A stretch of 63,658 nt of DNA, filler included, from Hyphochytrium catenoides (taxonomy: Eukaryota > Protista > Hyphochytriomycota): NCBI GenBank assembly GCA_900088475.1. It is 12 parts of 12 records of this genome, joined end to end, with 100 filler letters (N's around TTAATTAATTAA, not from the genome) between each part and the next. Parts side by side here need not be neighbours in the genome. Positions count along the whole stretch, not along the records: positions 38,228 to 41,520 come from FLMG01004317.1; positions 41,621 to 55,651 come from FLMG01002621.1; 10 more parts are not named here. One strand, 5' to 3'. The first letter of the stretch is position 1, and every line of letters begins with the position of its first letter. Shown here piece by piece: positions 38,363 through 50,367 of this stretch. The notes beneath the pieces were generated by a model, which saw only the letters and a program-made list of their open reading frames with translations, made no database searches and was not told the DNA's origin. A program made the translations under genes and the position numbers.

Positions 38363-39242
38363 ATGGCCGCGCGACGAAGCGCTAACACCCGAAAGCCGGC
38401 GAGACAATTCGAACGTTTGGATGGAGACAGTCTACCATCATTTGCTGAAAGGAAAGCGACAAAAAAGAAGCAACTGCCAGTGCTCTCCAGAAGCGATGTC
38501 ACAGAACTTGTTGACTATCTTACGCGTACTGAGATTGAAGCTGGGCTAGGTAGAGGAGTTGCAGCCATATACAGTCAAGCGTCTGATCAGGCAATGCTCA
38601 ATGGGGAAGGAAAAGTGTCAATCGCCCAAATTCGTCAAGCAGTCAAGGAGGACCCCCAGGCAGTGGCCACCTTAGAAGGTGCCGTCATCAAAGGGAGACC
38701 AGTTTTTGACGCGGCTATGGAGCGTTATGAGAAGGTATACCGTAAGAGCGTGACCCCACCAACTGCAGAACAGAAGCTACAAAGAAAAACAGAGAAGTGC
38801 AATGAACCGAGAGGTAAACCAAATGTTCAATGGTTGTATCATGAAAAGGGTAGAGGAAACAGCTCCAGAACTCATCTCTGAGTGCCTTGTAAATTACGAT
38901 GATCCCGATCGCCACTTTGAGGTTTATAGAAACGCTCATAAAAAGGATTTGCGTAATCTGGCCTATCTGAAAGAGTTGGAGAAGGGCCATCCGCGCCGAG
39001 CTGCCGTGATCAAACCACGTACTCATATTTCTGACCTACCGCAGGCTTTGAGAAGCTACCTTGATGAATCATACTCGGAGTACGTAAATTATGAGATGGA
39101 ACTTAAGGCCCTTAGGAAACTGCTCAGCGCCACTCGTGAGAGTAGGTCCAAGGAACTGCATCGAGAGCGTAACAGTAAGCGGAGGTTGTCATCCTCTCAT
39201 GGTGAGACCATGGATGAGGATTATTACTATGAAGACCTGTAA
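38363..39242 (+). CDS. Hypothetical protein (about 290 aa) split by a one-base frameshift
   Basis: ORFs 38363-38881 and 38802-39242 fuse if one A is removed from the A-run near 38785, giving QKLQRKQRSAMNREV. Confidence 0.5.
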
Positions 39243-39730
39243 ATAATGCTAGATCGTGGCCTTAGCGGATTCATACAAAGATCTCCTAAGCCTGAGAGAC
39301 GCCATTACTCGTAACGAGGCAAGGCCGTCTGAAGGGCAAGCTTAGGATAGCGGATAGTGCGTCTCTCATTGCACTTGTGTGGTGGCAAGCGCAGTGCCCT
39401 TATTGTCGTCTTGCTCCTCCCAGGTCCCTAAATGCTGAATGGAAGTAGTGACCCCATTCTATGCAAGGGCCTGAGGAGACCTTAACAAGGCTGTGCCGTC
39501 GTGGCTGACAGAATAGCCTTCTTTCTTGGCTTGCAAGTTCGAGGCATCGTTCCAAGAATTATATTCATGTGTTGAGCTATATCCTCTTATGCAAGGGGAT
39601 AAAAGAGAGAAAGCGCTTCGTTTCTGGAGTTGCTTTCTCTTTTTTCTGCGAGCAAAGGATTAGTCGATAGCAAAACCCATTACTTGCGGTCGCTTGACAG
39701 CGAAGACACGTGTCCTGTCATTCCCCAGGT

Positions 39731-41220
39731 CTACTTTTCTCCATCAACCAGAGTCTTGCCTCTTTTTCGCAGCACTTTAAGGATCAGAAACACAATAGCA
39801 AGAAGTCCGACTACGAATCCCACAACCACGGCCACAATCTCCAGAGTGGAAAGCCCGCCAGACTTCGGTTGCAGCGGCACAGGGTCCCCAGGGCACTTCC
39901 ATGAGTCATCACCTGCCGCACAGATTGGGGGCTGATTGCTACTAGTGTTGAGATAGTCCTGGACCGGAACCGCAGTAGGAGGAAAGCAGGGTATGGATGT
40001 ATTACGAATGTCCCTGTCGGAACACCTGAATTGAGGTACGGTATTATGCAACGCAAAAGGCCACTGCTACTCACAGGTTCATATTCCATGGCAACAAGCC
40101 CAGGAGGCACTTCAGATTGGTGTTATTCCTGAGGTCCCTGCAGATCGGTATCAATTGTAGTAGTAACAGTTGTTTAGAAAGCAAGCAAACAAGGAAGCAA
40201 GCAAGGATTCACTGTACTCACAGGCGAGTTAGACTCGAAGGAAGCTCAATATTGAAAGTTTGAAGTTGGTTGTCTCTGATACTCCTAATAGCAGTTGGTG
40301 AGACAATTTGGAACTTCTTTCTGATGTAGTTTATATAATAAGATGGCTCACAGTACTCTTAAGCCTCGTGGAAGTGAGGTACTAAAGGAAGCAATGTTGT
40401 TCATAGCCAGATTCCCTGTTGCAGATGGAACAAAAGTGAGCCAGCTTTGTAAAAAAGCTGCCACATCAAGTACACGTCACTTAGCATCCTTACAAATATT
40501 CTAAGCTTGATGGAAGGTGAACCTGATACGAGGAAAGGTAGTTACGCTCGAGGTTCCTGTGAGAGTGCTCATGTCAAAGCTCCCTTATATATTTCCTAGG
40601 GCAATGAGATCTTACAAGACTTCCATCCTTTCCGGTAACACCGCCTCAAATGACAATAGCTGGTTATTATAGGCAGTTCTGTTGGGGGAGGTGTACAGAG
40701 TGAACAGGGCATGACTCTGATGCCAATCGGCTCAAACTCGTTTCGAAACTTACAGGGTTTCGAGTCTTGAGGGTAGTGTGACAGAAAGTGAGGTGAGGTT
40801 GTTGTCAGAGATCATTCTTTTATACGAAGGGGCGTCGGTTAGTATCAATAACCACTAGGAGAGCCTTAAGTAGGTAGCTGTTTAGGTCGGCTTACAGTGA
40901 GGTGACATTCGTGACAGAACCCATGTCATCACAGACTCTGGTAATCTTGAGCTGATCATATAGCCACCATAGAAAAAGAGAGATTGCGGGCTGCCAGGTT
41001 GATTGAATACTGCCTCTACGCAGCTTCCATCATCAGCAATGCTTTTGACACACATGACGTTGGATTGGCATTTCGTCGCGGTCAGTATTGTTTGATCCGG
41101 GATGCATCCAGTCGATGCAACGGTGCGCCCATAGGTCTCACCATAGACAACAAGGTCCTTATTGCGAGCCAACACACATACCAGTACCACCAAAGAAGAT
41201 AGGCTAACCCGGATGATCAT
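39731..41220 (-). CDS. LRR receptor-like type I membrane protein: signal peptide, Cys-rich cap, 6-7 LRRs of 21 aa, TM helix, short tail, no kinase domain
   Basis: LRR exons: 40754-40816 MISDNNLTSLSVTLPSRLETL; 40616-40678 TAYNNQLLSFEAVLPERMEVL; 40494-40556 NLERNYLSSYQVHLPSSLEYL; 40352-40415 NLAMNNIASFSTSLPRGLRVL; 40222-40284 SIRDNQLQTFNIELPSSLTRL; 40075-40137 DLRNNTNLKCLLGLLPWNMNL. TM: IVAVVVGFVVGLLAIVFLILKVLRKR. Apparent 1-nt indels are present. Confidence 0.85.
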
Positions 41221-41620
41221 TGTATAGTAAAGAAACTCGCGTTGAGCGATAAGGGCTGTTTGGAATGATAGAAAATTGAAAATATGAGAGGAGTTTGCAA
41301 CTCTCTATAGAGCCAGGAGAAAGATGCAGACTCTACCAACAATCCCAGAGTAGACAGTGATGAATGATGAATGACGCCCTTTAGAACCTTGTAGTTTAGA
41401 ATAGCAACTTCACCGTCAGAATAGTCATAGTACTTTTATTTAGTTACTAGTTGGAGAAACTAATAAGCGGAGTAACTACATACTAGACGTTATGCATAGC
41501 CTACGAGTACTGTCGTCTCTNNNNNNNNNNNNNNNNNNNNNNNNNNNNNNNNNNNNNNNNNNNNTTAATTAATTAANNNNNNNNNNNNNNNNNNNNNNNN
41601 NNNNNNNNNNNNNNNNNNNN

Positions 41621-41764
41621 ATTGGCATTGGTATCGCTGCTTTCGGTGTACGTAAGGTGCAATGGCTCCTGGTAGGGAAGATTGTCCTTGCTTGGGTCTT
41701 CACCGTTCCTACCGCTGCCTTATTCTCTGGCTTCTTGGCCTGGATAATCCAGTTTGCCTTCTAG
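41621..41764 (+). CDS. Inorganic phosphate transporter (PiT/PHO4 family), C-terminus
   Basis: IGIGIAAFGVRKVQWLLVGKIVLAWVFTVPTAALFSGFLAWIIQFAF* matches the PiT VxWxxVxxIVxAWxxTxPxAA end. It is too short to appear in the ORF track. Confidence 0.85.
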   Translation: MGIGIAAFGVRKVQWLLVGKIVLAWVFTVPTAALFSGFLAWIIQFAF

Positions 41765-43909
41765 AGGATGCGAACAGACGCTAGTTCTTACTCTCTTCTT
41801 TGCTCTGTCCCAGTATAATGTTACCAACAAAGGGATCCTTTTCTCTTTCTCTCTCTCTCTCTCTCCCAACTTTTCTAGCGGGTAGAGCTTATATAATCCT
41901 AATGGAACAATGTCTCTCGCGAGACATACATCTTTTTTACTCTTTAGCTGTTACTTATTCTCTCTCGCTTTCTTTCCGCTCATCACTTCCTGAGGGGCCG
42001 AAGCAGGCAGATCCCTTTGGAGAGCTACTCTTCCTTTTTCTCAGGGGATTAAGAGAGTGGAGCGTTGAGTTGTCTGCCTCAAAGAGGGCAGAGCTCGCCA
42101 ATAATAAGTCTTACTATTGTGCAGAGGAGCGGCAGCTAGAGAGAGAGAGAAAGAGAGCTCTTCTTCTCTATCCTCTCGCTTCGCCTCATGAGCAGTAGAA
42201 GACAAAGAGGAATGGACCAAGAGAGAGACAGACACCACGATACGTACGCAAAGGGAGAAAGAGAGAGAAGTTTTATATTATAAGGCAGTCAAGCAGACAG
42301 AGGGCAGAGGGATAGCGTCAATCATCTTGGCTGAATGAGACCTTGGCAGCTTTTGCTTTGGATGGGAATGGTCGATCATCGATCTCGAGTCACTGCTTTC
42401 CCTGCATGCTGGTGAAGAAAGAGTGATAATGATTGGCGGGACGAGAGAGAGGTCCCTCTCGTTGACAGATGTGGATAGAAGATTCACCTTCTCGCTTATC
42501 TTGGTACGTATCTACATCTGCAGAAGGCAGCAGATGAAGGAAAAAGAGAGAGAGAGAGAGAGAGAGAGAGTAGATGAGGAAAAAGAGAGTAAAAGAACAG
42601 GGCTCGTCGTACGAGTCTCCTTCTTCTCTGAGATACTGCGACACCTCGATCCCATCCTAGCAAAGGCTCAACATTCAACGTAAAGAGTGTTGCCCTGGTG
42701 GCAGAGCCGCACCTGGCACCAGCAGAAGAAGATCTTTCGTGAGTGGCAATATGAGCTTTCTCTCAAGAAGGTTTAGAAGATGCTTGGGATCTATGGCGGC
42801 GGCGGCTCTCTTTTCTCTGCTGGGTGACAACAGACTCCGTCGTTGTGACGAAGAGAAAGACTAAAGGAACAGAGAAATGCAGAGAATCGAGACAGGACTT
42901 ATAGGTATGAAGGGCTCGGCAGGAAGTAAGTGGGACAGGCGATTAAGCGAGAGAAAGAAGAGAGTGACTGGGGGAGAGGAAAAGAGGAAGAGAGAGAGAG
43001 AGAGAGAAGGGCAGAGATGGAGAGGGAGAGAGAGAGGGGAGGGGGGAAGAGAGAGAGAAGAGGCAGAAAGAGCGGGCAAAGAGAAAGAGAGAGAGAGGAG
43101 GGGACAGGAGACCTAGATAGAGAGAGGGGGAACAGAAGAGGGAGGTACAGTAGAAGGCAACGAAGACAGAGGGAGAGAGAGAGAGAGGGAGAGACTAGCG
43201 AGAGAGGGGAACAGAGAGAGAGGTAGGAGAGGAGAGGGCAAAGAGAGAGAGAGAGTAGAGAGGGGAACACAGGGAGAAGAGCAATGAGAATGTATGGTCA
43301 AGACAGAGAGAGAGAATCTAGGTCTTTTTAGGGTTGGACACTAGCGCTAGATACAATAAGTAAGAACGGACCGCTAACCACTAGCTTTCAAGATCATCCG
43401 TTACTTGGCTGGCCGTTTCATGTGTGGACATAGAAACCGAGAGANNNNNNNNNNNNNNNNNNNNNNNNNNNNNNNNNNNNNNNNNNNNNNNNNNNNNNNN
43501 NNNNNNNNNNNNNNNNNNNNNNNNNNNNNNNNNNNNNNNNNNNNNNNNNNNNNNNNNNNNNNNNNNNNNNNNNNNNNNNNNGAGAGAGAAAGAGAGAAAG
43601 AGAGAGAAAGAGAGAGAAAGAGAGTGAAAGAGAGTGAAAGAGAGTGAGAAGGGGGCAAAGACATAGAGACAGAGAGAAGAGAGAGAGAGAAAAAGAGAGA
43701 GAAAGAGAGGGAAAGAGAGAGAGAGAGAAAAAGAGAGAGAAAGAGAGAGAAAGAGAGAGAGAAAGAGAGTGAAAGAGAGTGAAAGAGAGAGAAGGGGGCA
43801 AAAGACAGGGAGAGAGAGAGAACTAGAGGAGAGAGAGGATGGTGGGTGAGCAATTACAGGAGAGAGAGAGAGAGAGAGAGTGAGGGGGGGAGAGAGAGAG
43901 AGACGGAGA

Positions 43910-43962
<53 letters not shown>

Positions 43963-44330
43963 GGAAGAGAGGGAGCATCAGGGAAGAGCTAAATTCATCC
44001 TGGTTTTTGCCTTTGGGGCCACTCTTCTTTTCCCTCTCCCAAAACTTTTCCTCATCTTTAGATTATTGATTGACTGGTCCTTACATTCTCCCTCTGTTTT
44101 CCTATCTTATGACAGTCAAACAAGGAAAGTTATATAGAGAGAGAGAAGAGAGAAAGAGACAAGGAGAGAAAGAGACGAGAGACATGTCGTCCCTTTCGCG
44201 ATGACCATCAAAACAATGCTTTAGGGGACACAGAAGACTTCAGTGCAAGTCTTGGCTCTTTGTCCGTTATGGTCGACACCCCCTTTCTCCCATCCCGAAC
44301 GCTTACTCTGACATCTCTCTTTCTCTCTCT

Positions 44331-44361
<31 letters not shown>

Positions 44362-44753
44362 ACTTTCTTTCCAGTCATTGTTCTACCCTTCTTTCTCCCT
44401 TCCAGCTCCGCTCTGTCTCTAAACTACGGTCCGCTAAAGAGCTAGTGTCTTACATCCTGGCTGGAGGCATAGCAAAGAGCTTATTATTATTCTCCTCTCG
44501 AAGAATAGCCACTATTATCACCATCCATCTCCCGCTGAGTCACTCTCTCTCTCTCTCTCCCTCTCTCTCCCCGTCTCTTCTCTCTTTGTCCGGACAAGCA
44601 AGAGGGACACTCTCTCTCGGCAGAGGAAGCCGCAGATCTTGGCACGGCCACCTCTGTTGCCTGCGTTTTCACTTATTTGGGGCTCTCTTTCTCTCGACCT
44701 CTGCTCTCAATGCTTTTCTCTCTTTCCCTCTCCTGCCCCCATCCTTCCCCGCG

Positions 44754-44797
<44 letters not shown>

Positions 44798-44894
44798 ACT
44801 CCCTCTTCTAAGCCCAAAAAAATGTCTGCCATTCACTATCTCACTATTCCTACTACTTCGTGACACATTCGACCTTTTGCCTCTCTTTCTCTAA

Positions 44895-44934
<40 letters not shown>

Positions 44935-45103
44935 CTCTCTCTTTTCCTGTCCGTCCTTTGACGCAGTCAGAGCAGTGCTTCCTCACTCTTCGATCTCCGT
45001 CTCCGTCCAATGATTGAAGCCCGCAGTTACCCCCAGAGAAGCATAAATCTTCAGTCCAACCTCTTCTCTCCCTGTCCTCGAAGAAGCAGCAATATCTCCC
45101 TTC

Positions 45104-45162
<59 letters not shown>

Positions 45163-45281
45163 GTTCCATTCTTTCCGCAGCTTCGGAGCTCCATCAGCCA
45201 CGTCAAAGCTCCTTCAACTGCCGCTGCTTATCTTGGAAAAAGTCTTCGATTGCTTGGGAACAAGCCCGCGTTTGGTCCACA

Positions 45282-46072
45282 ATGATCATCTCTCTCTCTG
45301 CAGCGGACGCCTCTTCTCTCTCGTCTTCCTCTTCTTCTTCGAGCTCTTTCTCTTCTTCTTCTTCTTCTTCTTCCTCCAGCAGCAGCAGCAGCAGTGGCTC
45401 AGCAACAGGAGGAGAAGGAGAAGGCGAAGAGACCGCGGAGGTCATCCCGACCTTCGCCACAGTCTTTGGCTACTATTTCCTGATCTTCCAAGCGCTTGTG
45501 ACGGTGTTTAACCTTGTCTTTCTCATCATGAGACGGAACCATTTCCCTCTGAACAAGCTGAACGTGCCCAGTCTGATCGTGAGCGATCTCACGACGTTCT
45601 TCAGCACCTGGTACTCTGCTGGCAGCTACATCTGGCCTGCCTACTATGTGCCCTGCTGGTTCTATTTGATCATGTGGGACTGCAACCTCTTTCCGAAGCA
45701 AGTGCTCCTCGTGCTCAACGTGATAAAGTATCGAGTGGACTATCAGGTTGCCTATGATAGCGTGAATAACCCTAAGAGCTGGCTCAACAGGCACAAGACA
45801 AAGCTCCGTCATCCTCTCACTGTCGCCGCGGTTATCCTGCCCTTTTGGGCCTTGGGATGGCTCTCGATCCTTCCTTCGTGGCCGCGGTACGCCGATATGA
45901 TGGACAGACCAGAGTATGAGTGCTGGGCGACGACGGACTTTGAGGTAAGAGTAATCTTTGCTTTAGGGAGAGAGAGAAAAAACTCGTTTTGTGCGTCTGT
46001 CAACGCTGTGAAGATGGCCTCTGGACCTCTTCGTTCTATCTGTCTCTCGCTTGCAGTTCTCTTCTCTCGGTC

Positions 46073-46142
<70 letters not shown>

Positions 46143-47161
46143 GCTCTTCGTCCCTCACGTCTCTCTCTCTCTCTCTCTTCTCCCCTTCTCTTTCCCTCAC
46201 CCACTTTCTCTTCAGTCTTTCTCTGGCTCTCTATCTATCTTCCTTCTTCCTCTCTTTCTCTTGTCTCAATCATCTTCCGCTGACATCATCATCACTAACC
46301 TTTATCCCTGCTCTCTCTCCTACATGGCAGCTGACAGTGGACACCCCGAACGCCATCGCTTTTTCCATTGTGACAATCTTCATGTCCACAATCTTCTTGA
46401 GAGGAGTCAAAGACGCCTTCCACCTGCGGCCACGCTTCACCGTTGGAGGCCTGGCCTGTGGATTCGCAATCATTGCCTGGAATATCTTGGAAGCCCATAC
46501 AGAAGGGCGCTTTATCAAAGGAGTGGCCTATACCGCGCTGCAGCACTCCTACTCTTTCATTGTCCCTTTCTCTCTCATTGTCTCTTCTTTTCTCTATGAA
46601 AGACAGAAGAGACGGGCGCTACTAAGGCAGACCTCTAGCGGCGTGGCGCTCTCTTCTTCCCGAGCTGGAGAAGACACAGAGCTTCGGCACTCTGTCCAGA
46701 AATACACAGAGCTGGAGCTGAAGTTGCAGACAGCGGACGATGCGTCCTTACAGAGATTTGCACGGTATCTCTTGCTAGAGTTTGCGGGAGAGAATCTCCT
46801 CTACTATCGCAAATCTATGGAGTTTGCCGCTTTAGAGGACGCGGCGCAGAGAGAGAAGCTCTCGGAGGAGATGGTGCGTCTTCACTTTGCGCGGAACTGC
46901 CCGGCCGAGGTCAACATCTCTTCATCTCTTCAGCAGCAGATTGTAAAGGCTTCTTCTCGCTCTGACTTGGGCTTCTGGAAGAAAGTGGATGAGGAGGTGC
47001 TGAAGATGCTCTTGGATCCTTATAACCGCTTCGTTGTCTGGCGGAAGAGGAAAGAAGAAGACAGTGTCTCTTCTAATAAGAAGCCTTTAGCGGCAGCGGG
47101 AGCGCCAGAGATGAAGAAGAAGAAGTCTAAGAGCTCTGCAGCAGCTGTGCAGCCTGAGTAG
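45282..47161 (+). CDS. 7TM-RGS protein (seven-transmembrane receptor-like region fused to an RGS box); exons 45282-45944 and 46331-47161
   Basis: Seven hydrophobic segments, with RRNHFPL after TM1, PCW at TM3 and RGVKDAFHLR after TM5. The RGS box reads FARYLLLEFAGENLLYY..PAEVNISS..VLKMLLDPYNRF. The intron is phase 0 (gtaaga..tggcag). The N-terminus is poly-Ser. Confidence 0.9.
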
Positions 47162-47446
47162 GAGAGAAGATGATATAGAGAGGCCAGTCCGGGTAGCAGC
47201 AGCAGAAACGCCACCACTGCTGTCTGTCTTCCTCTCTCATCTGTTAAGGATAAACGCGAGGAAACTGACAGGAAAGAGACCAATGCACGTTCTTATCTAC
47301 CTTGCAAAAAAAGGGAGAGAGAAAGAGAGAAACAAAGAGGATCAGAGAGAGAATGAAAGAGAGGAGATCGGGAGAGAGAGAATAAGAGAGAGGAGACAGA
47401 GAGAGAGAGAATGAGAGAAGGGACAAGGAGAGAGAATGAAAGAGAG

Positions 47447-47504
<58 letters not shown>

Positions 47505-47939
47505 AAAGAGTGAAGGGATAGGAGGGAAGAAAATAAAGGGAGGGGTGGAAGAGAGAACAAGAGAGAGGATGAACGAGTGAGGCGAGGGATAGAGCATGGG
47601 AGTGAGCGGAAGAGAGAAATGCAGGGAAAGGTAGAGGAGAAAGAAGAACGTGGTAGAAGAGAGCTCGACAGCAAGAGTGAGAAGGACACCTAAGACTCAG
47701 ACGACACTTCTAACTTTGTTTATATTTGAAGAGGCTCGAGGAGCATGTGGAATAATAAATGAGGTTCTCTCTCTTTCTCTCTCTCTCTCTCTCGCTCTCT
47801 CTCTCCCTTCTCTCTCTCCTGCCTCACTCTGAAGGAGGTCAAAAGGCAGCATGCCAAGAACATGGATCATGGCAGAACAAACATATCTCTTAGCACAAGA
47901 TATAAGGTGCTAACAATGAGATAGCGTGCGTTCTGTCTT

Positions 47940-48221
47940 TTAGAACTTGCAGTGGCAGAACTGCAGGACGCGGCGCTGGCCGTTGATCATCGCCACCATC
48001 GGCTCCATCTCCTTGTCTTCCTCTCCCAGTCTGCGGCACATGCAGCCCTCAATGTCAGCATTGCCCTGAGTCTGCTGCTCTGCTTGAGTGCGCAGGCTCT
48101 TCTGCTGCTGTCCTGAGGCGACAATAGGGAACTTCTCCATGTTCTGGGCCTCGTCGGCCATCGCCATTGAGGCGAAGAGAAAGACGGAGGCGAGAGAAAC
48201 GAGAGCGGTGCCGATCTTCAT
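47940..48221 (-). CDS. Small secreted protein / peptide precursor (93 aa)
   Basis: Signal peptide MKIGTALVSLASVFLFASMAMA, then a Gln-rich part, KSLR, and CMC-RRL..RRVL-QFCHCKF*. The coding-like sequence is microsatellite-free inside a repeat-rich neighbourhood. Confidence 0.8.
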   Translation of the reverse strand: MKIGTALVSLASVFLFASMAMADEAQNMEKFPIVASGQQQKSLRTQAEQQTQGNADIEGCMCRRLGEEDKEMEPMVAMINGQRRVLQFCHCKF

Positions 48222-48504
48222 TGTTAATGTATGAAAAAGCGCTGTGTGGCGGAAGATGGACGGCTGAATGTTGGGCCTTTGGTTGAAGAAACGTTGGGCT
48301 CTGTGGGGGGGAGCGAGAGCTTGAGCTTCACGTGGAAAGTCTGGGAATGAGCTGAAGGACAAGCAGCCTGAACGCTGGGTGGTTGTTGAAAGAGAGAGAG
48401 NNNNNNNNNNNNNNNNNNNNNNNNNNNNNNNNNNNNNNNNNNNNNNNNNNNNNNNNNNNNNNNAGGGAGAGAGAGAGAGCGAGAGAGCGAGAGGGAGGAC
48501 AGAG

Positions 48505-48539
<35 letters not shown>

Positions 48540-49621
48540 GGGCTTACTTCCTTGCTCGATAGTGCTGTCTGCCTCTGCCTCCTCGCTCTCCCCCTCATTC
48601 CTCTCCCTTCCTTCTCTCTCTCTTCTCATGCTCTTTGCGTCTTTCTCCTCGCTTTGTTCGAAGGGAGTCTTTACTTTCTTATCAGATGTTGAGGTTGACA
48701 AGGAAAGAAAGAAGGAGGAGAGAAGACATGTCGGAGAGAACGAGACCTGAATAATAAGGGCCAGGATCAGCAGTTATTCAAAGAGTTTTATTATGGAAGG
48801 CAGCTGTGCTCTTTCTGCTCTCTCTCTTTCTTTCTCTCTCTCTCTCTCTCCTGTTTTTTTTTTTTCCTCGCTTCTGTCTCACTGTCTCCCACGCTGTTCC
48901 CCTACCTCCCTCGAGGTTCTGTCTGCGTGGAGGCTTCCCAATCCGCCACAGCTACTTTATATTTTGGCCTCAGAGCCACCTCCAGTTTCAAAATAACGTC
49001 TCCTTCTCTCTCTTCTCTCTCTTCCCATTTCTCTCTCTCTCTTTCTCTCCCCTCTATCTCCCAGTCTTTTCTCTCCTACTCGCTAGTTCTATAATAGAAG
49101 CAAGTAACCAAGCGTTCCAGTTGTCTCTTTGTCCTTTCACATCTTTTGACAGCGCGTCAGGGTCGCGCTATGATGGCGATCTGTCGTCTCTGTCTGCCCC
49201 AGTCTTCCCAGAGTACCCGCCCTGCTTGCCGTGGAACAGGGAAAAGGTAGTTATTTCCCGCGCTCTGTTGTCTCTCCCTCTCTCTCTCTCTTTCTTCCCC
49301 CGTCTACCAGTGGTCTCTCTCCCTCTTTCTGTTCAATTGCAGGACTCTCCGTGCCAGCATCGACCTTCTGCGGAAGATACTGGCTCTCTCTCCTACTCTT
49401 CTCAACGATCCGAACCCTTTTATGCCCTATGTCCCAGCATGTCCATTCTGTTCTCTCTCTCTCTAAGTGTGCTCTCTCTCTCTCCTTTCGTCTTTCTTTG
49501 CCCCTCCATCTCAGTCTTCAGGAGCTTTCTTCCACTTCCTTCACATTCCTGTGCCTTTTTGGTCAAGGTTGTCAAGTAACTCTGCGTCCTTTCTGTCTCT
49601 CTGTCTCTTTCTCTCTCTGTG

Positions 49622-49656
<35 letters not shown>

Positions 49657-50298
49657 ATCTCTTTCTCTCTCTCTCTCTTTCTCTCTCTCCTCCTTCTTGA
49701 GCCTGTCGGTTGTTGCTGTCTGTCCTTCTTCTGATCATCTGTTTCCACCATCTCCTGCCTGTCTGTCTTGTCACAAACTGTCTACCGACATCTTCTCGCT
49801 CTGTCTGTCCATTCTTCTTTTCGCTCACTAACAGCCACACTTTCTGGCGTCTTTTGGCGTTGTGGGAGTGGTTCTTATGGCCGCTAACGGACATCGATCT
49901 AGTTTATTCTTAGACCTCCCAAAGTTTCATAAAAGTGAGCCATTGGTAATGGAATCCGCAAAAAAGGGAAGCTCCTATTGGCCAGAATGCTTGACCATGA
50001 AATGGAATTGTTTTACATAAATTGAGTTCCAATTTATATATCAGCGATGGTTAGACTTAGACAAATTAACATTTTATGGATGTTTTATAAAAGAGCAATT
50101 GATAAACACCACATTATCATAAAAGGTGGAAGACATCTTGATCCCAACTGTCTTTCTCTGCTTTCTGCCTCGCTTTCTTTCTCTCTCTTTTGCTCTCTCT
50201 TCTGTTGCCTTCATATTATTTCTTCACTTCTTTCTCCACTTTCTTCATCCAGTCTCTCTCTTTCATTCCCCTAAAGTTTCTCTCTCTCTCTCTCTGTT

Positions 50299-50329
<31 letters not shown>

Positions 50330-50331
50330 TT

Positions 50332-50367
<36 letters not shown>

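Noticed and set aside
38770-38810. Possible programmed +1 frameshift
   Set aside because: It lies in an A-run on a contig with several other homopolymer indels, so a sequencing error is simpler.
42040-43430. Possible minus-strand exons
   Set aside because: I could not build a consistent spliced frame or recognise a product.
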